Shown here one piece after another: positions 17,819 to 25,617 of a stretch of DNA of 28,734 nucleotides. A model generated the notes under the pieces. The model saw only the letters and a program-made list of their open reading frames with translations, had not been told where the DNA came from and did not search any database. Position numbers and translations under genes: made by a program. Source of the DNA: Spirochaetia bacterium (GTDB taxonomy: Bacteria; Spirochaetota; Spirochaetia; DSM-27196; Salinispiraceae). Location of the stretch: assembly GCA_038204425.1 (NCBI GenBank), contig JBBRCZ010000021.1, forward strand, positions 1 through 28,734. Direction: 5' to 3'. Numbering within the stretch: position 1 is the first letter of the stretch; every line of letters begins with the position of its first letter.

Positions 17819-19381
17819 TTACATGCCGCGGTCGAGGGTAACGGCCGTATAGACTTTGTTGTAAAATTTTTCGGTGGTAAAGGGGTGCAAAATAACGTGA
17901 TCGGTGCCGTACTTTTTATAGGTCATCAGTTCTGCTTTACCAACGGTTTTGGCCATTAATATGATAGTGGTCTTACGCCGCGTGGCATGCGAACGTATGA
18001 CGTGCAGGATTTTGACCACAATTTCTTGAGGAATACTCAAATCAATAAAGATTATCCCATAGCGCTTAGCGTCGAGCATCGGCTTGATATTGGCTCCAGC
18101 TTGGATATTTTCAATATCAAAATAGACCGACAAAGCCTGCTGCACCAGTTCAAACAGGCCAGTATTGAGAGAAACGAACAACAAAGGTTGACCACGGTCT
18201 TTTGAAAAGAACAGGTTCTGCTTTTCGTTGAGAACTTGCTCGTCAAACAGTTCTGCAGAGACCGGCACAAAATCACTGGTAATGTAGTCCATGGTGGTGG
18301 TATCCAAGAGGCTAAAGCCGTGATCGCTATCACTCGTTACCAGCAATTCTAGCAATGTCTCGTCGTCCTTTGGCCCGGATTCGTCGGTGCCAGTTTGGCT
18401 CTCACTTTCTTCCACCGACGCTATGATGTCGGTGTCGTTGACCGTACTTGCTGCTTTTTTTCCGTAGTACTTCAGGTAGCGCACACCTTCTTGCTTAAGT
18501 GCTTTGAGCAAATCCTCAGTCATGGTTTGTTGAGCCGCAAGGCGTACCGTGTTCTTGGTGTCAAAAAGATCCAAAAAGTAGCGGCTGCCAACTTTGATAT
18601 AGTCTAGAGCCACTTTGGTTTCTAGGTCAAAGTCAGCCGTAATTGAGCGGTAGCCCTCGTAATAGTCTTTGACAACACGAATTGTAGACAGTTTACTTAG
18701 CGAAGCCATGGTGTCCAAAAAGTGCTTGTTGCTTGTCAGAACTACTATCTTTAGTGGATCAATCTTTAGTTCGCCAAAGTCCAAAAATCCAAACAGTTGG
18801 GAAACCGTCGTTTTGTTGACCATATCAGGATACAAACTTGGGATAATAAACATTATGCGCGGAGTACGTGACTTTTTTTCTTGCAAAAACAGTCGTATTC
18901 TAAAGTTAAGAATCAAGAGCTTGTCACTCTCCAAATTGGCTTCTATTTGAATGATTAAGGTTGATTCTTTGGCGTGGATGTCTACCAACATTGGTGTGCG
19001 TTTTTCGGGCGCAGGCAAGGGGATCTTAAAGTAAAGGCGCAATCGCTCGGTCAGCGCGACTGGGTTTATCCTTTTGGATAAAAACGCCTCAACGTGCAGG
19101 GTTTTAAAGTGTGCAATTTCTTTGGGGCTAAAGTCACCAATCACAAAAATAGGAATGTCCTCAATTTTTTCTGTGTTTCGCTTTTTAATTAAGAAACCTT
19201 CAATGTCCAAGTAAGGCGATTCTTTATTGAGCACAATCAGATTGGGCTTGTTTTTGTTGATTGAGTAAAAGCATTCAATATTGGAGTCGGTGCAAAGCGT
19301 TTCAAAACCCTGCAGGTTTAAGTATTGAGACAAAAATGCACCAAAAAACCGGTCAGGATGCATGAGATGGATTAGTGCCAA
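17819..19381 (-). CDS. Multidomain response-regulator-like protein with two atypical receiver domains
   Basis: N-terminal REC fold (PNLIVLNKESP, IPIFVI, FLSKRINP); C-terminal REC fold (IIFIDLSIP, VILHPF); central STAS-like region and acidic linker; TTG start with AAGGAG. Confidence 0.75.
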   Translation of the reverse strand: MALIHLMHPDRFFGAFLSQYLNLQGFETLCTDSNIECFYSINKNKPNLIVLNKESPYLDIEGFLIKKRNTEKIEDIPIFVIGDFSPKEIAHFKTLHVEAFLSKRINPVALTERLRLYFKIPLPAPEKRTPMLVDIHAKESTLIIQIEANLESDKLLILNFRIRLFLQEKKSRTPRIMFIIPSLYPDMVNKTTVSQLFGFLDFGELKIDPLKIVVLTSNKHFLDTMASLSKLSTIRVVKDYYEGYRSITADFDLETKVALDYIKVGSRYFLDLFDTKNTVRLAAQQTMTEDLLKALKQEGVRYLKYYGKKAASTVNDTDIIASVEESESQTGTDESGPKDDETLLELLVTSDSDHGFSLLDTTTMDYITSDFVPVSAELFDEQVLNEKQNLFFSKDRGQPLLFVSLNTGLFELVQQALSVYFDIENIQAGANIKPMLDAKRYGIIFIDLSIPQEIVVKILHVIRSHATRRKTTIILMAKTVGKAELMTYKKYGTDHVILHPFTTEKFYNKVYTAVTLDRGM

Positions 19382-19414
19382 ACAACCGCTCCTTTGGAAC
19401 GCAGGCCAAGACTC

Positions 19415-19789
19415 CTAGTCAAAGAGTCTATCAATTGACTTGCGAACGCGTTCCGACTCGAATGGTTTGACAATAAAATCCTTAGCGCCTTTTGACAAGG
19501 CCTGAAACACGATTTGTTTCTGGCCAACAGCACTTACTATGACTACTTTGGCATGAGGGTCCGCGGCGAGTATGTTTTGCAAGGCTTCCAGTCCATCTAC
19601 CCCAGGCATGGTTATATCCAAGGTCAAAAAATCTGGCTTGTTTTCCTTAAACAAGGACAAGGCTTGGTCGCCGTTTTCGGCCTCAGCTACGATCTTGTAA
19701 TATGGTTCGAGAATATCACGCAATCTCAGTCGCATAATTGTTGCGTCGTCTATGATAAGGCCCGTTCTTTGCATGTTCATTTTACTCAT
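19415..19789 (-). CDS. cheY: Single-domain response regulator, CheY-like
   Basis: IIDD, LTLDITMP (phosphoacceptor Asp), VSA and FIVKPF all canonical; adjacent to cheX. Confidence 0.88.
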   Translation of the reverse strand: MSKMNMQRTGLIIDDATIMRLRLRDILEPYYKIVAEAENGDQALSLFKENKPDFLTLDITMPGVDGLEALQNILAADPHAKVVIVSAVGQKQIVFQALSKGAKDFIVKPFESERVRKSIDRLFD

Positions 19790-19794
19790 GTATT

Positions 19795-20256
19795 TTACTC
19801 CGAGAGGGCTATGTTAATTTCCAGGACGCCCAGTTCTGAAATAAAACTTAGTGCAATAGTTGGCACATTAAGGAAGTCAACTTGCATATTGTTGCCGACA
19901 AAAACAGCAGGGGGTGTTATCGCAATGGTTTGGTTTTCTCCTGCCAATGCGATACTTGCTTGTCCAGTAATCATGTTAGAAATCTCACTAACTGCACTGT
20001 AGGTGAGGCGGTGCTGATCTACCGGAAGTTTGCTCGGCAGCATGGCTTTGGCTATCGCAAAAGCAAAGTCTTCGTCCATGCTGTAGACAACTTGACCTCG
20101 GACGGGGCCGGTGACGCCAATTATGACCGAGATCGGTAAAGTGGGAATGGGTGCTGATTTGAGCTTGAGATCTTTGCGACTAAGTTTGACGCCTGTCTCT
20201 TTCTCTAGTACGTCAACTGCTGCTGTTATAAATGGATTTGCGAACTCCGCCTTCAT
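19795..20256 (-). CDS. cheX: CheY-P phosphatase CheX
   Basis: MKAEFANPFI N-terminus, IIGVTGPVRG, SAVSEISNMITG (ExxN catalytic motif), ITPP. Confidence 0.93.
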   Translation of the reverse strand: MKAEFANPFITAAVDVLEKETGVKLSRKDLKLKSAPIPTLPISVIIGVTGPVRGQVVYSMDEDFAFAIAKAMLPSKLPVDQHRLTYSAVSEISNMITGQASIALAGENQTIAITPPAVFVGNNMQVDFLNVPTIALSFISELGVLEINIALSE

Positions 20257-21692
20257 GCCTCTGGCCTCCGTGTGTGCGGGACAAAAATTTCAAAACTGGT
20301 GCCACGCCCTAACCGTGAGTGGATCGCAATCGATCCACCGAGGGTCTCGACCTCGCGCTTAACAGCGACCAAGCCGATGCCGCGGCCAGACAGATCGTCA
20401 ACATGATTTTTGGTACTGAATCCTGGTAAAAAAAGCAACTGCATTAACTCCTGTTCTGTCGGGTTTTGTTTGTCTGATAGCAAACCTTTCTCATATGCCC
20501 ACTTTAGCACCTGCTTGCTGTCTATACCCGATCCATCATCAGAAAAAACCAGCTGCAAGCCTTTTTGGCTCTTGCCTAAAACAAGCCGCAGACTACCCGA
20601 CGGGTCCTTGCCTTTTGCCTCACGCACCAGCGTGTTTTCTATGCCATGGTCAAGACTATTGCGTATCAAATGCACCATGCTTTCGGCAAGGCCATACAGT
20701 ACTTCGGGCAAAACAAAAGTTTCACCTCCCTCGATGATCATTGGGTGAATTTTTTTGCCTAGTCTTTGGCCCAGTTGGCTGGCATAGGCTGGAATCTGTA
20801 CAAAGAGATTGCGCAGCGGCGTTGCTCGGTAACGTTGCAAAAAAGGGCCGAGTTTCTTGTCTCCTGGAAAGTTGACGCGTAGATAGTTTTCTAGCTTTTT
20901 GTAGTCCTGACTAGGGATACTGATTGCGCCAGCTTCTTTTATCCAGCGTTCGCCAAGGATAGTTGAGACATAGCCAAGCTCTTCAAAGTAAGCGCGTTTG
21001 AGCGCCAAGCCAAGTTGTTTGTGGCGAGTTTGCTCGCCCAGAATAAGCACGTCTTCGAGGTGGTCTTCGTACTGGTGGGCAACATCAACCGTATGAATCA
21101 AGTCAAAAAAGCTGGCGTTGCCTTTAAAAGTGTGCAAAAAAATCTTTAATTTGGCTACGTCTTCTCGAGTGCCTTCAGACTGCTCAAAGCGCGTTAACCA
21201 GCTAAACAAGTTCTGCGCTTCTTGCATAAACTGAGCAAAGTAGGAGCGGTGGGCAGCAACCTTGAGCACCACAAAACGCCGTTCTACATCTCGCTTGCTT
21301 AAGGCTTGGAAACGGCGTTCTCGAGTAACGTCGGTAAGAATCATGACCAGCTTATCGCTGCTTAGCATGCGATAAGCGCAGCGCAGACGGCGATCGTTAT
21401 GTTCGATCTCCTGAGGCAAGAGGTCAAAGATAACCTGCGGCTTGGTTTTGCCCTCAAAAATCAAACCCAGTCCCATTGCAAAATCGCTTTGTTGGCCAGG
21501 ACTGTCAAAAAGCAAGTTGGTGGCCGTTTTGCCCTCGGGGTTTTGGCCAAATATAATCTTGCATTCTTGTGAATAGGGCTGCTCTATGGTTAGCTGCGGA
21601 CCAAGCGTAAAGAAAGCTTGGACTGACAGCGTACTTAGAGATTCTATCAGCTTTTCCTGCAAGTGAGTAGTATCACTGGAGCTTTGATGCAT
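20253..21692 (-). CDS. CheA-like histidine kinase (sensor/PAS-like + Hpt + HATPase, no CheW domain)
   Basis: Hpt LHTFKGNA; HLIRNSLDHGIE, DDGSGID, LFLPGFST and SGRGIGL are CheA-type ATPase boxes; the protein ends just after GTSFEIFVP. Confidence 0.88.
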   Translation of the reverse strand: MHQSSSDTTHLQEKLIESLSTLSVQAFFTLGPQLTIEQPYSQECKIIFGQNPEGKTATNLLFDSPGQQSDFAMGLGLIFEGKTKPQVIFDLLPQEIEHNDRRLRCAYRMLSSDKLVMILTDVTRERRFQALSKRDVERRFVVLKVAAHRSYFAQFMQEAQNLFSWLTRFEQSEGTREDVAKLKIFLHTFKGNASFFDLIHTVDVAHQYEDHLEDVLILGEQTRHKQLGLALKRAYFEELGYVSTILGERWIKEAGAISIPSQDYKKLENYLRVNFPGDKKLGPFLQRYRATPLRNLFVQIPAYASQLGQRLGKKIHPMIIEGGETFVLPEVLYGLAESMVHLIRNSLDHGIENTLVREAKGKDPSGSLRLVLGKSQKGLQLVFSDDGSGIDSKQVLKWAYEKGLLSDKQNPTEQELMQLLFLPGFSTKNHVDDLSGRGIGLVAVKREVETLGGSIAIHSRLGRGTSFEIFVPHTRRPEA

Positions 21693-21704
21693 ATCTCAAT
21701 TTAC

Positions 21705-22748
21705 TTAAATGTTATTGCTTGGTAAAGAAAAAGAATTCAAACCGTCTGCGCTTGCTAACTTTGCTTTGAGACTATGCCAGGTCTGGTGGTATTCATCTAA
21801 AGAATGTGCTTTGAGTAGATTTTTGGCGGGTATGCCTGCCTCTGCAAAAAAATCTTGCCAGTAGGCGGCCAGTTCCTTCATACGACCCAAAACCACCGAA
21901 GGGCCTGACTTTGGAAGCGCGAGGTAAACGTCCATTAGTCTGTCATGCAGCCTCGCAATTTGCTCAAATTGTACTTGCGGGCTGAGGGAGTCTCCTGCAG
22001 CTTCGCCAGCTTTAGGCGACTTAATTCTCGCTGCCAGACCAGGATCGTAAACCGAAGCACGCCCAATCATTAGGCCCGCCAAGTCAGGAAAGCGATTGAG
22101 AATTCGCACGCAATCTGCTACGGAACGCAGGTCTCCATTGTAGACCACAGGATGGCGGATTATTTGTTTGATATTTGCAAAAGCATCGACATTAGCGTGG
22201 CCGGTGTACTGCTGCACCGCAAGTCGGGCATGAATTTGTACTTCTTTTATTGGGTAGTCGTTAAGTAACTCTCCAACCACGAGACCTTCTTGGTAGTTGC
22301 TCATGCCCAAGCGCATTTTTACGCTCAGTTGCCACTTACTGTTGGCGCATGCCATATCTAGCAGACTTGCGATCATGTCCGGGTAAGGCAAGATACCCGC
22401 CCCGCGACGTCGGGCTGTGACTGTTGGCTTGGGACAGGCAATGTTAAGGTTAAAAACTTGGTAGCCAAAGTCGAGATGCAAGCGTTGCGCCATGGCGGCC
22501 AATCCCTTGCCATCTTTGCCGAGAAACTGTGGCACAAGCGGCATAGCGCCTTGGTTTTCCTTAGGGGTTAAATCTCTAAAGGCTTTGTTGGCGCGCTGCG
22601 CTCCCTCAGTAATGCTTACAAAAGGGGCAACAGCCTCATCAAAGCCACCAAACAGCTGATGCTGACAAGAACGAAAGCTTGCGGTGCTGGCACCCATAAG
22701 CGGCGCCAAGATTAAGCGAGTCTGTGTCAAATCAGTCATTAAACTCAC
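21705..22748 (-). CDS. tRNA-dihydrouridine synthase family protein
   Basis: LAPLMG, NLNIACP (catalytic Cys), GAGIL, SVKMRLG, IHAR, YNGD, GLMIGR. Start may be ATG 22739. Confidence 0.93.
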   Translation of the reverse strand: MSLMTDLTQTRLILAPLMGASTASFRSCQHQLFGGFDEAVAPFVSITEGAQRANKAFRDLTPKENQGAMPLVPQFLGKDGKGLAAMAQRLHLDFGYQVFNLNIACPKPTVTARRRGAGILPYPDMIASLLDMACANSKWQLSVKMRLGMSNYQEGLVVGELLNDYPIKEVQIHARLAVQQYTGHANVDAFANIKQIIRHPVVYNGDLRSVADCVRILNRFPDLAGLMIGRASVYDPGLAARIKSPKAGEAAGDSLSPQVQFEQIARLHDRLMDVYLALPKSGPSVVLGRMKELAAYWQDFFAEAGIPAKNLLKAHSLDEYHQTWHSLKAKLASADGLNSFSLPSNNI

Positions 22749-22784
22749 TTATCCGTAAACTATCGTTAAGTTTCAAAAAAAAAC

Positions 22785-22855
22785 AGGCGCCGGGCGGGAT
22801 CGAACCGCCGATAGGGGTTTTGCAGACCCCGGCCTTACCGCTTGGCTACAGCACC
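22785..22855 (-). tRNA. tRNA-Cys(GCA)
   Basis: Reverse complement GGTGCTGTAGCCAAGCGGTAAGGCCGGGGTCTGCAAAACCCCTATCGGCGGTTCGATCCCGCCCGGCGCCT: cloverleaf, GCA anticodon, U discriminator; CCA not encoded. Confidence 0.96.
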
Positions 22856-22873
22856 GTATTTAGTACGACGTGG

Positions 22874-22902
22874 AATATACTAAATAAAAGCCTTACTGTA
22901 AA
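22874..22902 (-). promoter_or_regulatory. Sigma70-like promoter for tRNA-Cys (and possibly the downstream minus-strand genes)
   Basis: Minus-strand TTTACA-N17-TATATT, with the -10 box ending 18 bp before the tRNA 5' end. Confidence 0.7.
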
Positions 22903-22970
22903 GCGCTTTCATACGGTGGCCCAAACTTGACCTTTGGGCCTATACTAAGCAAGGTCAGGAGTAGAAATCG

Positions 22971-24170
22971 ATGAACCAGTTTTTTTTTGTTGCGACAGTC
23001 TGTCTTTTTTCAACCGCAACGGTTTTTTGGCTACTTGCAGCGCTGAGAAGAAAGTCAATTTTTGTGTGGACTGCGGCCCTGCTAGTCCTGACCGGGTTTT
23101 GGCTGATGAGTTTCTTTCGGCAAGGCGATGTCTTATGGCTCGGCTTGGCACGAGAAAACGCTCGCCAAGCACAGGTCTTTTTGACACTGCTTCTCTTGTC
23201 GGGTGCCATGCTTTTTGGGCGTAGTGCCTTGGCTTTTGTGCTGTACCCAAAAAAACCCTTTGCAAAGTTACAGCAAAGCTTGCTCTTGTTGGCCTGCTCC
23301 GGTGTGCTCGGCAGCATCTTATCACTCTCTATAGCTGAACTATCTCGATCTGGCTACGACTCCAACGGTGTACAACTAATTGTCTGGTTGTGTTCTTTGT
23401 TTGCGCTCGCGGTAATCATCAGAAATCTCAAACGAGATATTGCCTTCTTTCTGCCGCTTGTTCTGATTTTACCAAGTATTTTGTTGAGCAAAGTTTTGGC
23501 TGTCCTCAATCTGCTTGATGCGGACGTGTCCTTGCTGATTAGCGGTCCTGCTCTCGTGCTCTATTTGTCAGTTGTAATATTGGTCAGAGATCAGAGACGA
23601 CTTGTGGCCCAAGAAAAAGAACTATCGCTGGCCAAAGAGCAAGCCGCAAGTTACAAGGCGACTATTGGCGAGAAGGACAACAGCCTACTTGCTCTAAAAG
23701 ATCATCTTGACCAAGGTCGAACCCGCGAACAAGATAGTGGATTTCTCACGGTCAAAGGTATTACCGACTTGCTTAGTCTTGAGCTCAATCGCTACCAACG
23801 CTATCGTCGTATCTTTAGTGTGCTCAGTATTGGTCTAGACAAACAAGTTGACCTGTCGCATCTGCAAAAGGTCTTTGAGTCGATAAAGCGTGGATTGCGC
23901 GCATCTGACCATTGCGGCGCCATGGGTGAGAGCGAGTTTTTGGTACTGCTAACCGAAACCGAACTTGCTCAAGCTATGTATGCCGCAGAAAAGTTTCGCC
24001 AGTTCTTGTTTGAGGCCGGGGTAAGCGTAAGTATAGGAGTTGCCGCAATCAGAGACGAAGGTATGGATCTATTTCGATTGTTGCAAGAGGCCGAGGATTC
24101 ACGAGAACGCGCGCATCAAGCTGGCGGCAACCGCGCCGCTATGACAAGCCAAGGTATTGTAAAACTATAG
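22971..24170 (+). CDS. Membrane-bound degenerate GGDEF-domain protein
   Basis: About 7 N-terminal TM helices, a coiled coil, then a GGDEF fold (ELNRYQRY, RASD...GESEFLVLL, VSIGVA, GGNR); AGGAG Shine-Dalgarno. Confidence 0.88.
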   Translation: MNQFFFVATVCLFSTATVFWLLAALRRKSIFVWTAALLVLTGFWLMSFFRQGDVLWLGLARENARQAQVFLTLLLLSGAMLFGRSALAFVLYPKKPFAKLQQSLLLLACSGVLGSILSLSIAELSRSGYDSNGVQLIVWLCSLFALAVIIRNLKRDIAFFLPLVLILPSILLSKVLAVLNLLDADVSLLISGPALVLYLSVVILVRDQRRLVAQEKELSLAKEQAASYKATIGEKDNSLLALKDHLDQGRTREQDSGFLTVKGITDLLSLELNRYQRYRRIFSVLSIGLDKQVDLSHLQKVFESIKRGLRASDHCGAMGESEFLVLLTETELAQAMYAAEKFRQFLFEAGVSVSIGVAAIRDEGMDLFRLLQEAEDSRERAHQAGGNRAAMTSQGIVKL

Positions 24171-24206
24171 TAGCAAAAAATATGGAGTGCAAAGTGGAGT
24201 ACAACT

Positions 24207-25493
24207 ATGAACAAAGATGAATTACAGGTTTTGGAAAAAGCCTACGCACGTATTATTGTCAAAACCGGAGTCAACCTTAGGTCAGGTCAGTGTCTCTTAA
24301 TAAACACAGGCTTTGGGACTTATGAGTTTGCACGTCGCATTGCCGAGATTGCCTATCAAGAAGGCGCCAAATATGTACGTATCAATGTGACTGACAACCA
24401 TTTAAACAAGTACCGTATTGAGCATGCCCAAGAAGAAGACTTGGATTGGTTGCCCAATTTTGTGCTCAACGAGAGCTACGAATATTTGGCTCAAGATTGG
24501 GCGCGCATCAGGATAGACAATACCGAAGAGCTTGACGTGCTCAAGGATGCTGATGCCGACAAAATGGCTCGTATTATGACCGCGCAACGCAAAGCCTTGC
24601 GACGCCAGCAAGAAGCGCTCATGAAGGACCACCACTCATGGTGTGTAGTAGCTGCTCCAGGGCCAAACTGGGCGCGTTATGTAATCGCTCATTCGGGTTT
24701 GGGTGCTCAGTTTGGCAAGCTGGATGAGTCGGCTCTAACCGAGTGGCTTTGGAAGCAATTGAAGCCTATCTTGCGTCTCGACAAGCCAGATCCGGTGAAT
24801 GCTTGGGAAGATCACATGAGCCAGCTGGCTGGCCGCTGCGATGTGCTCAATCAGCATCACTTTGACAGACTGCACTTTGTCGCCAAGGACACAGATCTCG
24901 AGATTGGTCTCTTGTCCCAGTCCGTGTGGCGAGGAGGACGCGGCTTGTTGCCCGATGCAAGGCCGTTTTTGGCCAATCTTCCCACTGAAGAAGTTTACAC
25001 TACACCAGACTATCGTCGCACAACCGGACACGTAAAAGTATGTCGCCCAGTGACCGTGATGGAAACCTTGGTGGAGGGTGCATGGTTTGAGTTTAAAGAA
25101 GGTAAGGCGGTCAAATGTGGTGCCGACAAGGGCGAGGAGGTACTCAAGAAGTTCTTGGCTATTGATCAGGGGGCCAGCTTCTTAGGTGAAATCGCTTTGG
25201 TAGCAGGAGAAAGTCCCATTTTTAAATCAGGACTAATCTTTGGTTCCATCTTGTATGATGAGAATGCCAGCTGCCACATGGCCTTTGGCGCTGGTTACCC
25301 AAGTTGTCTAGCCAACGTAGCCAGTCTCAACTCCCAAGAAGAAATAAAAGCAGCTGGCTGCAATACAAGCTTGGTTCACACTGACTTTATGATAGGTACA
25401 CCCCAAACTGATGTCTTTGGCATCAAGAAAGATGCATCAGGAAATGAAGTTCGCATTCCAATTATAGTTCAAGGTGCATTTAAGGAAGTATAA
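24207..25493 (+). CDS. Aminopeptidase, peptidase M29 (AmpS/PepS/thermophilic metalloprotease) family
   Basis: ANLPTEEVYTTP, LGEIALV, LYDENASCHMAFGAGY and SLVHTDFMIG metal-ligand motifs. Confidence 0.95.
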   Translation: MNKDELQVLEKAYARIIVKTGVNLRSGQCLLINTGFGTYEFARRIAEIAYQEGAKYVRINVTDNHLNKYRIEHAQEEDLDWLPNFVLNESYEYLAQDWARIRIDNTEELDVLKDADADKMARIMTAQRKALRRQQEALMKDHHSWCVVAAPGPNWARYVIAHSGLGAQFGKLDESALTEWLWKQLKPILRLDKPDPVNAWEDHMSQLAGRCDVLNQHHFDRLHFVAKDTDLEIGLLSQSVWRGGRGLLPDARPFLANLPTEEVYTTPDYRRTTGHVKVCRPVTVMETLVEGAWFEFKEGKAVKCGADKGEEVLKKFLAIDQGASFLGEIALVAGESPIFKSGLIFGSILYDENASCHMAFGAGYPSCLANVASLNSQEEIKAAGCNTSLVHTDFMIGTPQTDVFGIKKDASGNEVRIPIIVQGAFKEV

Positions 25494-25524
25494 AACCAAA
25501 TAATCCATTGTATATTCCAATTTA

Positions 25525-25610
25525 TCCATTCACGGTTGGCAAAAGCAGGGTTGTAATGAAAGTTGACCCTGCGATTCCGTTGGAATCGGTAACTATTCCG
25601 TGATTGGGAG
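25525..25610 (+). promoter_or_regulatory. Candidate structured 5' leader (three-helix junction overlapping the Shine-Dalgarno)
   Basis: TCCATTCACGG (25525-35) pairs with CCGTGATTGGG (25598-608) with one mismatch; GCAGGGT/ACCCTGC stem capped by TAAT-GAAA-GTTG; GATTCC-GTT-GGAATC stem; SD GGGAG at 25606-25610. Confidence 0.45.
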
Positions 25611-25617
25611 TACGAAG

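Noticed and set aside
22980..22988. T9 tract at the start of the GGDEF gene (also G7 at 6764-6770) as phase-variation sites
   Set aside because: The tracts are short, the frames are intact, and A/T runs of similar length are common in this window; would need read-level length variation.
25536..25595. c-di-GMP-I (GEMM) riboswitch
   Set aside because: GGCAAA and a GAAA loop are present, but the GACGCAAAG junction and the CUAA/receptor second stem are not; kept only as an unassigned structured leader.
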